Shown one piece after another: positions 1 through 10,999 of a stretch of 64,000 bases of DNA. Source of the DNA: Calcarisporiella thermophila CBS 279.70 (Eukaryota; Fungi; Calcarisporiellomycota). The notes below the pieces were generated by a model that had not been told where the DNA came from, did no database searches, and worked only from the letters and a program-made list of their open reading frames with translations. Where the stretch lies: assembly GCF_041956535.1 (NCBI RefSeq), contig NW_027192199.1, positions 1 through 64,000 of the forward strand, read 5' to 3'. Numbering within the stretch: position 1 is the first letter of the stretch; each line of letters starts with the position of its first letter. A program made the translations under genes and the position numbers.

Positions 1-540
1 AAAGCATACGCTATCTCCAATAATTCACTATAAAGTCAGGTTGAAAGCCACCAAACCCTGAGAAACGAAAAAGTGAAATTACAAGCTCCTAAGTCAATCT
101 TCTCTCCTATATATGTCTATGATTAAATATGCGCTGATTTCTCTCTACCAAAATTCCTCTCCGAGGGTCACTTTCGGGCTCCACCTGAATTCTATCGTTT
201 ATTCCATTCTACCAGAGCTCGTTTTTATTTCGCATATCGGCATTCCCATACTATTCCTTTCATATTTATTTATTGAAAACTGATTTAAAATAACAATAGT
301 ATGCAACAGGAATAGCGTTATTTTGTACTTAGATACATTAACGATATCATCCTCGTTATGCCTCTACTAGTCAGTACCCCCCAATATCCAGTTTTTCAAA
401 AAAGGATTTAGGGTGACGTATCACTATGATACTGAATTCAAGCAAAAATAATAAGCCACCAATTTTTCGAAAAAAATTTTTTCTAAGATACGTGACCTAA
501 ATTTTTGAAAAAAAATCAAATCGGACATTTTTTCCCTATG

Positions 541-749
541 AACCTTTGGAAAAGCCAGATTATGTCATATTAGTTGATTTCCTATTTTTCATATATATAC
601 TCATTCAGTCTATTTTGTTGTTCCTCACCGATCTTCTATTTTTATAAAGGTGAGGATGCATCGTTTGATATTATTATTACTATGTTATTAATAAAGACCG
701 ATCTTCTATTTTTATAAAGATCTTCGTCTACCATTCGAACCCTGTTACA
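541..749 (+). mobile_element. Truncated LTR (family E), 3' part
   Basis: Ends in ...CCCTGTTACA. It is the reverse-complement homolog of the TSD-flanked solo LTR at 12796-13054 (shared GATCTTCGTCTACCATTCGAACCC and GGAAAAGCCAGATTATGTCATATT). Internal 23-bp direct repeat at 627-649/697-719. Left boundary approximate. Confidence 0.75.
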
Positions 750-750
750 T

Positions 751-945
751 GTAAGGAGTTACATGACCGAGTTAAGCAAGTTTTGGGGCTTATTCCCGTG
801 GATAAACGAGGAACTGCGCATGCCTAAATTCATTGCGGGTCTGAAAGAAGAGACACAGCAACATGTACTCAACTTATTCCCCAAGAATTTGGAAGAGGCG
901 TTTTCAATTGCAGTCCGCTATGATGAATCTAAATTTGGTAAATAG
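751..945 (+). pseudogene. Retrotransposon gag fragment
   Basis: VRSYMTEL...KFIAGLKEETQQHV...PKNLEEAFSIAVRYD resembles the Ty3/gypsy capsid C-terminal region. Truncated, and abuts the LTR. Confidence 0.6.
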
Positions 946-2032
946 AATGCGGACTACGTCAGCAGTCCATGCTTCACGATGATGACGCCGTTTTATTGGA
1001 CAAATGAGCTACTTCCAGAGAATTTGCACAGAAAATTAAAGAAATTTAAAGAATAACAAAGAAAAAATCTGAGAATAAATCAAGAGTATAAAAAGCTGTC
1101 GTTTCCCAAGTGCAACTCCTTGGCCCTCCCGAGAAGAGGGGTGGGGAGATATAAGAAAAATAAAAAATAAAAAGAAAAATAGGTGCAACAAAATCAAAAT
1201 AGTAAATTGAGGGGTGGGATCGTGAAGAATGGACTGCTGACTGCCTATTCCATTTATACTAAGCCGTCGCATACGCTAGGCTTAGTGCTAAAATTTTTAA
1301 AAGATATATTAACAGTTGCAGATATTTCTGAAACCTTGATTCTACAATTTCTAAATCTAGTATGTCTGCTCAGGCTTGGAATCTCCCAAATACAAAAAAC
1401 ACGGATTTCTGACATCCGACATATCCGACAGCTCGTCAGAAAAAAATAAGAATTCACAACCCTAAACTATGACCTTACCTATTGGTACCTGGATATTCAC
1501 GTGCAGTGAATAATGATGGATAATAGAGGAGATTCCAGAATGAACTAGACATAAAATAAAATATGTTTAATGTCTAATTCATTCAATCAATTTTTTCACA
1601 ATGGACTTGAGCTGTTTATTGATAGAAACGTATGTATTTTAGCTGTTGGTATGCATTGCTATCTCTGTACACTATTCTGGATACATCCGAAGTAGTGTGG
1701 ACGAAATAGTCCGACAGATTTGAACAAGTTCCGTAAAGCCAAGTAGTATCTTCATTTTTATACCTTTAAATTATATACACGTAGTAAATAATAAATATCA
1801 CGATTATTGCTACTGTTGACGTCTTAGGAAACTCCTAAATGATGTTTATTTACATAATATAGTGTAAACGATATGTCCTATGTTATTTCCTCGCCTTGAG
1901 ATTTCAACAAATGAGGTGAGGAATAAATGACAAATAGAAGAGAGTTTATCTATGGGAGTATTGTAGTGTGGAATTGTATTGGATTGCAGAGAAGCCATAG
2001 ATGGGCTGGAGATGGCCAAGCGGCTGATCATA

Positions 2033-3115
2033 TTACGTTCGCGGACCCCCACGCTGAACACCACTTGTTCCTGGGCGATCTCCGTTAGACACTCTAGGGG
2101 AGGAATTAACTTGACCTCTTTGCTGATTAAACTCGGCGACGATTGTATCAATATCCTCTTCCGATCCAGAACTAGGTGAATTGGCGCTAGCATCACTAGG
2201 TGGTCTAGGGCGGTTAGGACGTCGGACTCGGGTAAAACTATTCGCAAAGTCCTCCAAATTTTGACCTCTTGTTATCTCTTGTGACGTAGCGTAATCAGGA
2301 GGTCGAGGATTAATGTAATAAGTACAATAACTAATATATATTTAATTTATCGACAATCGATCTCGGATATTTTTACTTTATGTATAAAATCACTTGTAGA
2401 ACTTAATTACGTCTTGACCGAATCTTTAACCGAATTTTTTACGAATCGACTTTACGTCTTTTTACGAACTTATTTTAGTGTAATAAACATTAGTATATGT
2501 CGAACCCTACTTGTGCTTATTACAATTAATGTCTTCAATATCCATACCCTGCTCTCGACCTGGATAAGGAGGAGGGGGGCCATCCTTGGGAGGCCCACTG
2601 CTGGGTAAATCCTCCGGCTTAGTGGGACCCCCTGGCAACTCGGGGCGTGGCTTGTCATTTTCTCTGTTACTTGCCTGGCCGTTGGATTCACTGTTTGAAA
2701 TGTTGGATTCGCTGTTTGGAGCATTGGATTCTCCATTCGGCCTACGATTACTCTGATTCCTCTGTGGACGAGGATTAGTGCCTATGCAGTTTCCTCTTTT
2801 GTCCAATGCGATTTCTCCAGATCGCTTACAGGCTTGTTCACCAACTTCAACGATTTCATCATAAACCTGCTTTCCTATTTGAGGATCGATTTCCTTTGCA
2901 GCTTCAGAGCCTATCTCTTTCATAACCTGCTTATATACCTGACGGTTCTCCGTCTTTAAAGTATCGAGTGTTTGCTTAATTGTACTCTTGCCCACTCGCT
3001 CTCCTATTTGACTTAAGCCTTTTCCGGTGTTCTTTATTAATTCTTGGTCTAGTTGCTTAACGATCTGTTGTCCCGCAGCCTTTTGAGCAACTTGGCCGCC
3101 CGTTCCCACCGGTAT
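2033..3115 (-). pseudogene. Orphan protein gene (3' part), disrupted by two LTR insertions
   Basis: ORFs 2507-3109 and 2033-2257 join in frame (GMDIEDIN|PRPPDY) once the solo LTR 2314-2524 and one TSD copy are removed. The 5' end is cut by the LTR at 3116. Confidence 0.7.
2314..2524. mobile_element. Solo LTR (family D)
   Basis: TGTAATAAG...CTTATTACA inverted termini. Exact 5-bp TSD ATTAA at 2309-2313 and 2525-2529. AATAAA near the right end. Confidence 0.9.
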
Positions 3116-3392
3116 TGTAATAAGACGAGAACAAGGTTTTTATAATAAATAAATAATAAGAATAACAAGATAAAACTGGGTAAAACTGGGTTAAGAACAA
3201 GGTAAAAAACTAGGTAAGAAACAAGCTAAGGTTTAATAACATGTAGTTGTCAATATTTAAGGGAATCAAAATAAAATCAGGCGATAATCAAGATCAGGCG
3301 ATAATGGAGAATTGTTACACAGGTTAATTAAGTGTTACTAGTACTAGGTAGTATTTGGTAGTCGTGACAGGTGTCGGGTCTATTTTCTTACA
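3116..3392 (-). mobile_element. 3' LTR (family A) of a minus-strand Ty3/gypsy element
   Basis: TGTAA...TTACA termini. Polypurine tract (AAGGTGGGGAGGGA on the minus strand) adjoins at 3393-3406. A second copy lies at 6582-6853. Confidence 0.9.
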
Positions 3393-3404
3393 TCCCTCCC
3401 CACC

Positions 3405-4035
3405 TTAAGAATGCCCCCCCTCTTTGTTGGCTTGTTCCTCATACTCGGTAACTAATTCTTGGGCGTTATTCAAGTTCGAAGTGGGTTTCCATGTAGCTTC
3501 TGTCTCGTCGTATCCAAGCCATTTCACCAAGTACTCCACCCTTGTTCCCCTTCCTATTCTCCGGAACCTTTTATCCAGGATTCGCTCGACTTCGTACTGG
3601 AGGCCTTCATCTGTCATTACCGGAGGTGACGGTGTGGATACTCTTTCCTCGAAGTCCGGGGGATTCTCGTGGAAGCGCTTCAGGAGTGACATATGAAATA
3701 CAGGGTGATTCTTGAGTGTTTCTGGGAGTTGGAGTTTGTATGCAACTGGAGATATTTTTTCGGTGATCTTGTATGGGCCAACGTACTTGTGCGAGAGCTT
3801 CTTCGTAGCTTGCCGTGATTGGTTTACGAGGTTAATATTGGCGGTGGATAGCATGACTTTATCGCCAACATTGAATTCCTCTTCTCACCGGCTTTGATTT
3901 GCATACTGAGCTTGAGTTGCCTTTGCTGTGGTTAAGTTGTCCGAGGCGATCTTGATTAGATTAGACATTCGAAGTAGGAATTCCTCTGCGGTAGGTACAT
4001 TGATCTGGTTTTGGGTCATGTTCAGCAGGCTAGTC
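3405..4035 (-). pseudogene. Chromovirus integrase C-terminus with GPY/F motif and chromodomain (element A)
   Basis: KKLSHKYVGPYKI...VAYKLQLP...HPVFHMSLLK and YEVERILDKR...YLVKWLGYDETEATW. Interrupted at 4036 by element B. Confidence 0.9.
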
Positions 4036-4196
4036 TGTAGTGATCACGACTCGATTCACAAGAAGAACTAAATTATCTTTATTACAGTGGACGTTCAATT
4101 AAATTATACAATGGGCAAATTACATTACAAGGGTTACGCAAGTAGTAACCAGGGTCAATAGTCAAAATTATACAACTAAACTATCGTATTATTACA
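4036..4196 (-). mobile_element. 3' LTR (family B) of a second minus-strand gypsy element
   Basis: TGTAG...TTACA termini followed by a PPT (AGGGAGGGGAAGAG on the minus strand, 4197-4210) and then a chromodomain-coding region. Confidence 0.8.
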
Positions 4197-4209
4197 CTCT
4201 TCCCCTCCC

Positions 4210-6581
4210 TAAGGAGCAGCGTCCTCGATGTGACGGTCTTCATAATCTTGAATTGCTCCTGATGCATTCGTAAGATGTTTTTCAGGTTCCCAAGTTGCAT
4301 CATGACGAGGATAACCTGTCCATTTGACGAGGTACTGTTTTTTGCCTCGAACGTATCGGTGATCCAAAATACATTCTACTTCATATTCTTCTTCGTCATT
4401 GACTATAATCGGTGGAGGCTTTTGTTCTTCTCTATCGGAGAATTCTGTTGGGGAAGCATGATAACGTTCGAANNNNNNNNNNNNNNNNNNNNNNNNNNNN
4501 NNNNNNNNNNNNNNNNNNNNNNNNNNNNNNNNNNNNNNNNNNNNNNNNNNNNNNNNNNNNNNNNNNNNNNNNNNNNNNNNNNNNNNNNNNNNNNNNNNNN
4601 NNNNNNNNNNNNNNNNNNNNNNNNNNNNNNNNNNNNNNNNNNNNNNNNNNNNNNNNNNNNNNNNNNNNNNNNNNNNNNNNNNNNNNNNNNNNNNNNNNNN
4701 NNNNNNNNNNNNNNNNNNNNNNNNNNNNNNNNNNNNNNNNNNNNNNNNNNNNNNNNNNNNNNNNNNNNNNNNNNNNNNNNNNNNNNNNNNNNNNNNNNNN
4801 NNNNNNNNNNNNNNNNNNNNNNNNNNNNNNNNNNNNNNNNTTTAGCCGTTGTCAGCATTGTACTCAAGTGGTCCATGAAATTCTCTACTGCCGCAACTGA
4901 AGACATATCACCATTACGTGGATTACATAGATTCACGGGTGTCATCGGAGGTTGGCCCGTATCAAAAAGGAATGGCGAGATACCAGTTGACGCACTGCTT
5001 GCATTGTTATAAGCAAATTTAGCAATGTGTAGCTGTGTATCCCAATTATCTTGTTTATAATTCACGTAACATCTGAGCATCTCTTCTAATGTTCTGTTTG
5101 TCCTCTCCGTCTGTCCATCCGTCTGCGGGTGAAACGCTGTCGACATAGCTAATCTTGTGCCAAGTTTTTCGAATAAAGCTTTCCAAAATCGACTTGTGAA
5201 TTGGGGATCGCGGTCACTGATTATGTGTGCTGGAAGTCCATGCAACTTGAAGATGTTTTGCATAAAAATCTCGGCAACCTCAACGGCACTTGCATTGGTC
5301 GTAGTTGGGATAAAATGTGCTCGTTTTGTAAGTCGATCTACAATAACTAGTATTGCATCAAAACCACGCTTCGTTTTGGGAAGTTGAAAAATAAAGTCCA
5401 TTGATATCTGTTCCCATCGTCTCGTTGGAATAGGAAGTGGTTGAAGTAGTCCAGCCGGTAACATGCTTGTTCCTTTGTATCTTTGACAAGTATCACAACT
5501 TCTGACATATCGTCGAATATCTTTGGACATTCCAGGCCAAAAATAAAATCGATGAATGGCTTCATAAGTCTTATCTATGCCCAAGTGGCCAGATATTGGT
5601 GAATCGTGAAATTCATGCAAAAGTTGTTGTCGCAAACGATTGTCGTTAGGAATCGCAAGTCTGTCGTTTTCATCGATGAAATAAAGGAGGTGGTCGTCTA
5701 ATCGAAACCTTTTAGCACGATTTCTCAGAGTCTTTGGAATATCTTCCGTTGGTTGATCGACGTATTCCAGTATCATCTTGAAATATTCATCATCATCGTA
5801 GCCTTTTTTGATTTTTTCCAGAAATTCTGTGTCTCTGCTGATTGTCGATATTGTGTTTAATTGTGGTTGTCGTGATAACGCGTCAGCAACGGTATTAGTA
5901 CGTCCAGGGCGATACTTGATCTCAAAATCGTAGGTCTGGAACAATTCTAGCCATCTTGCTTGTCGTTGAGACAATACCGTTTTCGAATAAAGATACTTAA
6001 GGTGTAGCGGGACGAACTATTCAAGTTCTACCTAAACTTTCCTCAACTAATTCGCTCGATAGTAATATTTAATCTTATCTTTTTATCTTATTATTTTTAT
6101 TATTTTTATTATTTTATTTTATTATTTTGCTTAGACCATTTATCTCCTGATCGCAGTTATTTGTTGCCTGATTATTATATCATCCGATTATTCCTTCGAT
6201 TATTTAATTCATTTGTTTTTGTTTATGGTTCCTCACCAATTTGCTATACTATTATTATTAAGGTGAGGGCATCTAATGATTTTTGGGATATTATTATTAT
6301 TATTTTGATTAAAGACCAATTTGCTATACTATTATTATTAAGTCTACCAAAAAGGACCGCTACATAAGGGCTGCATGGTCCGTAATGACAGTAAATTTCG
6401 TTCCTTTGAGATATACACGCCAAGTATCGATTGCATGTAAAATTGCAAGTAATTCCTTTTCGTGTGTCGGATAATTGCGTTCATGAGGATTGAATTTCTT
6501 CGACTCAAAGGCAACAGGATATTCCTTTCCATCGTGTTCTTGACTTAATACGGCGCCAACACCATTATCTGAAGCATCAGT
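4210..6581 (-). pseudogene. Ty3/gypsy pol remnant (RNase H, HHCC zinc finger, integrase core, chromodomain), element B
   Basis: RNase H TDASD..VGAVLSQ...ELLAI...TDHAAL (6365-6581), H-H-C-C motif, integrase ISMDFI/SDRDPQF/HPQTDGQTER, chromodomain YEVECILDHR...YLVKWTGY. Contains the N-gap 4473-4840 and a solo LTR insertion. Confidence 0.92.
6003..6364 (+). mobile_element. Solo LTR (family C) inserted in the RNase H of element B
   Basis: TGTAGCGG...CCGCTACA termini. Exact TSD TAAGG at 5998-6002 and 6365-6369. Removal restores TDHAALKYLYSKTVLSQRQARW. Internal 28-bp direct repeat at 6235-6262/6315-6342. Orientation inferred. Confidence 0.92.
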
Positions 6582-6853
6582 TGTAATGAGACGAGAACAA
6601 GTTTTTTATAATAATAAAATAATAGGAATAATAAGTAAAACAAGGTAAAACTGAGTTAAGAACAAGGTAGAAAACTAGGTAAGAAACAAGGTAAGGTTTA
6701 ATAACATGTAGTTGTCAATAAGGGAATCAAAATAAAATCAGGCGATAAACAAGATCAGGCGATAATGGAGAATTGTTACACAGGTTAATTAAGTGTTACT
6801 GGTACTAGGTAATATTTGGTAGTCGTGACAGGTGTCGGGTCTGTTTCCTTACA
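6582..6853 (-). mobile_element. LTR (family A, second copy) without matching TSD
   Basis: Close but non-identical copy of 3116-3392 in the same orientation. Flanks TCAGT and CGACG do not match. Confidence 0.88.
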
Positions 6854-7410
6854 CGACGAAGCTAGATTCCTCGTTCCTCCATAGGCCATCGGCGCTTGGC
6901 TCTACTGCTCGATAGGCTTCAATTTGCCGGATCTGGTTTATTTTCCCAGTCACATCGAGCAATAGATTCCTTACGTTTAAGCCGCGGTTGAAAACTCTGC
7001 CAAACGCTTGCTCTCCTAGCAGATCCCTGATACTCCAGATATCATGCAAAAGCAGCTCTAGCGGTCTTGTTGCCAGAGCAACTTGTTTTGCCAGATCTGC
7101 CAAGTATAGGTCGTGTTACTTGGCGGTTTTGTTCATGCAAGAGAGTAAGGATGAATTCATTGGAGGCGCCTCGTACTTCATTCCTTTCCTTGGAGGGTTC
7201 TCGTCCCAGATCACTTGCCTTTCTTCCGAGGTCAGGTTAACATTTTTTTTTTCGTGTGCTAACCTTTGCTCAAAAAGTCTTGCAAGCTCCTGGGGGGGCT
7301 CCCACCAATGTCTCTCGCGTATGGGAACTTTTGGGAGTAGTGCGTCTTGCAGCTCCCTCTCGGTATCGCTCTCTGACCCACTATGAAGAATTTCGGGTTG
7401 GGAACTCATC
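6854..7410 (-). pseudogene. Probable gag-like ORF1 relic of a DIRS/Ngaro (tyrosine-recombinase) retrotransposon
   Basis: ORFs 7116-7433 and 6849-7103 are one frame split by a single stop. The pattern Y.APP.N...D..LA.....LATRPLE..H is recalled from fungal DIRS-type gag proteins (not verified). Truncated by the LTR. Confidence 0.45.
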
Positions 7411-8032
7411 TTAAACGGAAGTATCCAGCTCAAAACGGCCGAGGAAATATCTCCTTGGTCGGTTCATATTTATAGCAAAATCACGTTCAGATTATCGTAC
7501 GATTTTTTTTTTTGTTTACTTTTTCTTTATTCTTTGTACCAGCTCATTTTATCCAATAAATCGGCCTCATCATCCTGAAGCGTGGACTGCTGACAAAGTC
7601 CGCAGTCTATATTCCAAATATGCCTTCATTATTAATCTTTCAGATTAAATTTGTGTTCGCCAAGAAATTATATTGCTACTGAAGTATTTACTTGCTCTTA
7701 AAAATTAAGAAATTTCCTAATAATAAATGGTTAGTCATTTTTCATTTATCCAAAAGATATTTCGAAGAAAATGGTAATCGTATGTGGAATCGAGTGCTGA
7801 TGCGTGAATAAGTTCCCTAAGCACTATGGTAGAAAATATACTACGAGCTGAGCTTTCAGTCGTTCAGATGAATTTAATGGTTTCAAGAGTCTTGTTATTT
7901 TGAATTTTCCAGGAAATTTATCCGAGATCAACTCGATAAAAAATATTTAAATTAAGAATATGAAAATGCACCAGTTGCAGAAATGAAGAAACAGAAATAC
8001 AAAACAATATTACATTGCTAAACGCGAATAGG

Positions 8033-9607
8033 TTAATATTTACTGCGAAGATAATTTATAAAATCACACTTTTCATCCATAATATTCACTGGATCCAGCT
8101 CTAAACCGAGGCCTGGTTCTTGAAGTACAATCCTTTTTCGAGTAGTTGTATAATCTGGCCACTCTAACTGATCCTCGCAGTTTGGATTACCGGTTTTAGC
8201 AAAACAAACCCAGTAGTTAATTATCTCTTTAGAGAGAATCCAGTCTCTCTTAGTAAAAACCATTGTCAACGGTTTGAATATCAGTGTGTCCGGCCATAGA
8301 TATGCTAAATCCAGTGCATGAGCAGCATGCAATGGGCGTGGACCTAACTTCAGAAGCACCGTCTCTTGATTAAACCGATAACGATAATGTGTACTTATTG
8401 CGTATTTAGCCAATAAGTGTTCCGGACATTTAAACACTATATCGCTAATTAGCTCTACTGCTCGAGCATACGCCGACGAATACTGATTCTTCGGATAATA
8501 GGTACTCAGTTTTTTGATATCTTGCTCTTGTATTCCTGGGATTATTCCGCGAAGAACCTGTATCCAGTCCCTAAATGGATTATAAATGACCATCATGAAT
8601 AAAGAGGCCTCATTAGTAGTTATCCCAGATAATATTGGTATGGGTGAAATGAAGCCTTCTTTTAACATATCTTCCGGTTTCATTGGAAGAAGAACGCCAT
8701 CGACAATAGGGCTGGTGGGAACACGGGATATCAATAACTCTACAGGTCCTCGGATCAGCCTGTATGTGGACAGTAGTACAGGCCAAGGTATTTTTTGCAT
8801 GCATTCGATTAACTTTGTAGAATCACTACTTGTACAACCTAACCTGCGAACTACTTTATCGAGTACGCTCTGATAATATCTCACATCACCGATCATTGTG
8901 GTTGGACCAGCGGACATGATTATTGCCTTATGAAATGGTCGACTTGTCGAGTTGTGATACATGAGAAGATGCAATGCAATTGCACCTGCTCCCGAAGATT
9001 CGCCGAATAATGTGACATCATTTGGGTTTCCTCCAAATAGGTGAATATTTTTCTGCACCCATTCGAGGGCAAATTGCTGATCATTAAGTTGAATATTGGC
9101 AGCTCCCTCTTTTATCCCCGCTTCAGTTGCAAAGTAGCCGAAAATATTAGAGCGAAAATTGACACTCACGAGTACAACTGAGTTTCCTGTTTTTCTCACA
9201 AAACCTTCCCCATTATACATATGCGAATCCCCAAATTCATAAGTTCCACCGAATACCCACACCATCACAGGATATAGATTATCAGGCGTCATATCAGGAG
9301 TCCATACATTGAGCGTTAGACAATCTTCGTCCATTAGATATGGAATAGGGAGGAGTTGAGGGCACATCGGCCCAAACTTCGTAGCTCTATTAAGCCGATT
9401 AGATCTGGCTGGGGGTTGCGGTGGCCTGAAGCGAAGGTCCTTGACCGGAGGTGCAGCATACGGAACTCCTAAGAATTGGTACAAACCATGTTTCTTAAAT
9501 CCTTTGAATATTCCATTTTCGAGCGCTACTCTGGCATCTTCTTGCGCACATGCATATTTCAGGTGGATGCTAAGTAGTAATAGTATACAGATATATACGG
9601 AATACAT
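8033..9607 (-). CDS. Secreted type-B carboxylesterase/lipase, intronless
   Basis: Signal peptide, FLGVPYAAPP..LRF, EDCLTLNVW, GESSG nucleophile elbow, candidate catalytic Glu (TTNEA) and His (HALDL). Confidence 0.93.
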   Translation of the reverse strand: MYSVYICILLLLSIHLKYACAQEDARVALENGIFKGFKKHGLYQFLGVPYAAPPVKDLRFRPPQPPARSNRLNRATKFGPMCPQLLPIPYLMDEDCLTLNVWTPDMTPDNLYPVMVWVFGGTYEFGDSHMYNGEGFVRKTGNSVVLVSVNFRSNIFGYFATEAGIKEGAANIQLNDQQFALEWVQKNIHLFGGNPNDVTLFGESSGAGAIALHLLMYHNSTSRPFHKAIIMSAGPTTMIGDVRYYQSVLDKVVRRLGCTSSDSTKLIECMQKIPWPVLLSTYRLIRGPVELLISRVPTSPIVDGVLLPMKPEDMLKEGFISPIPILSGITTNEASLFMMVIYNPFRDWIQVLRGIIPGIQEQDIKKLSTYYPKNQYSSAYARAVELISDIVFKCPEHLLAKYAISTHYRYRFNQETVLLKLGPRPLHAAHALDLAYLWPDTLIFKPLTMVFTKRDWILSKEIINYWVCFAKTGNPNCEDQLEWPDYTTTRKRIVLQEPGLGLELDPVNIMDEKCDFINYLRSKY

Positions 9608-10999
9608 TTGATGGGACGATACAAGAGGATAAAAAATGCAGCAAAAGATCTTACATCGCGTTGTTCAATCTAATTTTGGGTTTTCGGCAAATGCGATTTT
9701 AAGAAAACAGTCTGAGACACAATTTCTAAAATCATTGAAAATGGATCAAAGTACTGGCGTGGCGATTTATGTCGGGAATACATCCGGCAAATAAATCTAA
9801 CTTTAGAGATAACAAGGGTAAGTTTAGTGCTGAACAAACATCTTTAAATATAATGGTCTACAGTAGCGGATAAGCGGATAATAATAAAAAAATGCATTTT
9901 GGTAGAAAATGCAGGGGTGAGGATTTCTGTTGGAGTACGACCAGGTGTGACTGATAATCTGAAATTGTCGGTATTTTAATTAAACTTGATTTTTACTTGT
10001 TTGTGTATAAACTATATTACCTGTTTATGATTTCTTGTTATTCTTAAATAGTTTAGCTATTTGTCTTTCTTTGAACTAGAGGAAAATATACTCTGATTGA
10101 AATTCCAACAATTTCAATGGACCGAAAAGTTACTTTTAAGTTTTATATCTTATTCTTAATCTCCAGCCCGTGGAAACGAATTATTAGATATTTTGAATTA
10201 TTGAATCCAAATTGAAAACAGTTTTCTACATGATAAAGAATTGAGAGGACTAGGATTTGATTGAAAAATTTAACATTAGCACTGCCACATGCGATATTTT
10301 TATTACCTTCAAGATATTATAATTGTTATCCTTCCTTCATCTCTAGTTCGATCAGCACTAAAATTTTTGAAATGGTTTTGAAAATGTTGTAGATGGAAGA
10401 AAACTTTGACAATATTTATGGAAATAGCATTTAATAATGCTTTGAAGTTCACAACAGCAATAATAGGAACAGGTAGGTCTATTATTAAATTTTAACTTGA
10501 AATATGTGACATATATGTCACAATATAAGTGGTAGCTGATGCTACAGGCTAGTGATACGAGAATGGTACTGTAAAATTCAATGCGCACTGCCTTAGGTCA
10601 CTAATGTCATATTCTATATTATTAAGAGTAGATGCAAGCAAATAATGATACTATCAAAAACGATTCGAACCAGTGTTTTTGTGATAGTAGAGTAGCAATC
10701 AAATACGTGAAATTAAAGTTTGGCTAGAGTCACCATTTATATTGGAGCCTCATATTTTAGGCTCTTTTCGTACCAATGAAGAAGTTCAGAATTCTATCAC
10801 CATCATGGCCACATTACATTCATACACACTGCTAAAACAGTTGCTAAAATGAACAAAGAAACTTATTCCTAAATTACATTGCATCCCATCGTCACCGGAA
10901 TATCATGTACCTACAACTTACACTTTCCTACTCTTAAAGACATAGAAAAATCTCATTTTTTTGTATTTTACATTAAAACATTTGGCAAAAAAATTGGCA

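Noticed and set aside
585-612. Hammerhead-like CTGAATGA...GAAA on the minus strand of LTR-E
   Set aside because: The core has an extra base relative to CUGANGA and is not conserved in the 12796 copy.
627-719. Direct repeats with a spacer resembling a mini-CRISPR (also 6235-6342)
   Set aside because: Only two units, located inside eukaryotic LTRs, with no cas genes.
2314-2524. Apparent GT-AG intron in the orphan gene
   Set aside because: Inverted termini and an exact ATTAA TSD identify it as a solo LTR.
4275-5012. Long ORFs running through X stretches (also 16243-16854)
   Set aside because: Artefacts of translating N-gaps.
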